A stretch of DNA of 64,000 bases from Auanema rhodensis (taxonomy: Eukaryota; Animalia; Nematoda). This document shows positions 61,421 to 64,000 of this stretch, piece after piece; position 1 is the first letter of the stretch; each line of letters starts with the position of its first letter. The DNA is taken from contig OZ059895.1 of assembly GCA_964057225.1 (NCBI GenBank), positions 11,966,001 through 12,030,000 of the forward strand. The letters are read 5' to 3'. Below the pieces are notes generated by a model. The model did not search any database, was not told where the DNA came from, and worked only from the letters and a program-made list of their open reading frames with translations. The position numbers and the translations under genes are program-made.

Positions 61421-61830
61421 TTTCAAATTTTTTTAACGATCATACCACGTTGAAAGTACGCCATGCAGCTGATTTTCAATTTTATCTCTTCCGTAACAAA
61501 TGTTTTCAATTTTCCAGCAGTTTTACTTAGATAGCTCAACCCAAGCCATTAAAATATCTTCAATCTTATTTTTATATTACAGTTATAAACCAGTAGTTTA
61601 TGAACCTTCATCTTAACTTTACTGTTTCTATCTATTTCCTATTGAAACAAACATTGTTTAAACACTATACAACTGTGAAACCTTTTTTAATTTATTGTAT
61701 TTGGATCTCATAAGATTTGATATCATCGAGGGATTTAGATGTTACGTAGAAAATTACATAACTAACATGAAATTGGAAAAAAAACAATAACGAGGATAAG
61801 TATGTAGATCATTGAATATCAGATATTTTC

Positions 61831-61949
61831 GCTTACGACCATACCACGTTGAAAGTACGCCATCCCGTCCGATCTGGCAAGTCAAACAACGTTGGGCCCG
61901 GTTAGTACTTGGATCGGAGACGGCTTCTGAATCCCGGGTGCCGTAAGCA
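61831..61949 (+). rRNA. 5S rRNA, variant B
   Basis: Variant B changes. Confidence 0.75.
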
Positions 61950-63556
61950 TTTCAAATTTTTATAACGATCATACCACGTTGAAAGTACGCCATGCAGCTG
62001 ATTTTCAATTTTATCTCTTCCGTAACAAAAGTTTTCAATTTTCCAGAAGTTTTACTTAGATAGCTCAACCCAAGGCATTAAAATATCTTCAATCTTATTT
62101 CTATATTACAGTTATAAACCAGTAGTTTATGAACCTTCATCTTAACTTTACTGTTTCTATCTATTTCCTATTGAAACAAACATTGTTTAAACACTATACA
62201 ACTGTGAAACCTTTTTTAATTTATTGTATTTGGAGCTCATAAGATTCAATATCATCGAGGGATTTAGATGTAACGTGGAAAATTACATAACTAACATGAA
62301 ATTGGAAAAAAAACAATAACGAGGATAAGTATGTAAATCATTGAATATCAGATATTTCCGCCTACGACCATACCACGTTGAAAGTACGCCATGCAGCTGA
62401 TTTTCAATTTTATCTCTTCCGTAACAAATGTTTTCAATTTTCCAGCAGTTTTACTTAGATAGCTCAACCCAAGGCATTAAAATATCTTCAATCTTATTTC
62501 TTTATTACAGTTATAAACCAGTAGTTTATGAACCTTCATCTTAACTTTACTGTTTCTATCTATTTCCTATTAAAACAAACGTTGTTTAAACACTATACAA
62601 CTGTGAAACCTTTTTTAATTTATTGTATTTGGAGCTCATAAGATTCAATATCATCGAGGGATTTAGATGTAACGTGGAAAATTACATAACTAACATGAAA
62701 TTGGAAAAAAAACAATAACGAGGATAAGTATGTAAATCATTGAATATCAGATATTTCCGCTTACGACCATACCACGTTGAAAGTACGCCATGCAGCTGAT
62801 TTTCAATTTTATCTCTTCCGTAACAAATGTTTTCAATTTTCCAGCAGTTTTACTTAGATAGCTCAACCCAAGGCATCAAAATATCTTCAATCTTATTTCT
62901 TTATTACAGTTATAAACCAGTAGTTTATGAACCTTCATCTTAACTTTACTGTTTCTATCTATTTCCCATTAAAACAAACGTTGTTTAAACACTATACAAC
63001 TGTGAAACCTTTTTTAATTTATTGTATTTGGAGCTCATAAGATTCAATATCATCGAGGGATTTAGATGTAACGTGGAAAATTACATAACTAACATGAAAT
63101 TGGAAAAAAAACAATAACGAGGATAAGTATGTAAATCATTGAATATCAGATATTTCCGCTTACGACCATACCACGTTGAAAGTACGCCATGCAGCTGATT
63201 TTCAATTTTATCTCTTCCGTAACAAATGTTTTCAATTTTCCAGCAGTTTTACTTAGATAGCTCAACCCAAGGCATCAAAATATCTTCAATCTTATTTCTT
63301 TATTACAGTTATAAACCAGTAGTTTATGAACCTTCATCTTAACTTTACTGTTTCTATCTATTTCCTATTAAAACAAACGTTGTTTAAACACTATACAACT
63401 GTGAAACCTTTTTTAATTTATTGTATTTGGAGCTCATAAGATTCAATATCATCGAGGGATTTAGATGTAACGTGGAAAATTACATAACTAACATGAAATT
63501 GGAAAAAAAACAATAACGAGGATAAATATGTAAATCATTGAATATCAGATATTTTC

Positions 63557-63675
63557 GCTTACGACCATACCACGTTGAAAGAACGCCATCCCGTCCGATC
63601 TGGCAAGTCAAGCAACGTTGGGCCCGGTTAGTACTTGGATCGGAGACAGCTTGGGAATCCCGGGTGCCGTAAGCT
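63557..63675 (+). rRNA. 5S rRNA, variant C
   Basis: T26A, G92A. Confidence 0.8.
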
Positions 63676-64000
63676 TTTCAAATTTTTTTAACGATCATAC
63701 CACGTTGAAAGTACGCCATGCAGCTGATTTTCAATTTTATCTCTTCCGTAACAAATGTTTTCAATTTTCCAGCAGTTTTACTTAGATAGCTCAACCCAAG
63801 CCATTAAAATATCTTCAATCTTATTTCTATATTACAGTTATAAACCAGTAGTTTATGAACCTTCATCTTAACTTTACTGTTTCTATCTATTTCCTATTGA
63901 AACAAACATTGTTTAAACACTATACAACTGTGAAACCTTTTTTAATTTATTGTATTTGGATCTCATAAGATTTGATATCATCGAGGGATTTAGATGTTAC

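Larger units (their letters stand above)
49430..64000 (+). repeat. 5S rDNA tandem array, right arm (~17 full-gene and ~14 truncated units)
   Basis: Same units resume in register after the CTAA duplication; the array runs off the window end. Confidence 0.97.

Overview
Eukaryotic DNA, most likely from an AT-rich nematode (inferred from the 5S sequence). About 52 kb is a head-to-tail 5S rDNA array on the + strand with two unit types. About 59 long units (~529 bp) each carry a full 119-nt 5S gene, a T-run terminator and a 29-bp duplicate of the 5S 5' end. About 52 short units (~399 bp) lack 130 bp, deleted between the gene and that duplicate, leaving only 5S nt 1-33. One intact, recently inserted 11,842-bp Ty3/gypsy LTR retroelement (37588-49429) interrupts the array 66-69 bp upstream of a 5S gene. 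It has 386-bp LTRs with 2 differences seen, a CTAA target-site duplication and a tRNA-Gln PBS. Its most notable feature is a single 2951-aa ORF ordered Gag - envelope glycoprotein - PR-RT-RNaseH-IN. The envelope module has an internal signal peptide, a herpesvirus gB/chuvirus-like class III ectodomain, a furin site, a mucin-like insert and a TM anchor, so env lies in frame BETWEEN gag and pol. An orphan 209-aa ORF flanked by inverted repeats occupies the usual env position. The 5' leader contains a structured GC-richer island, the LTRs end TG...CG, and no canonical PPT is visible. All counts and alignments were made by eye.
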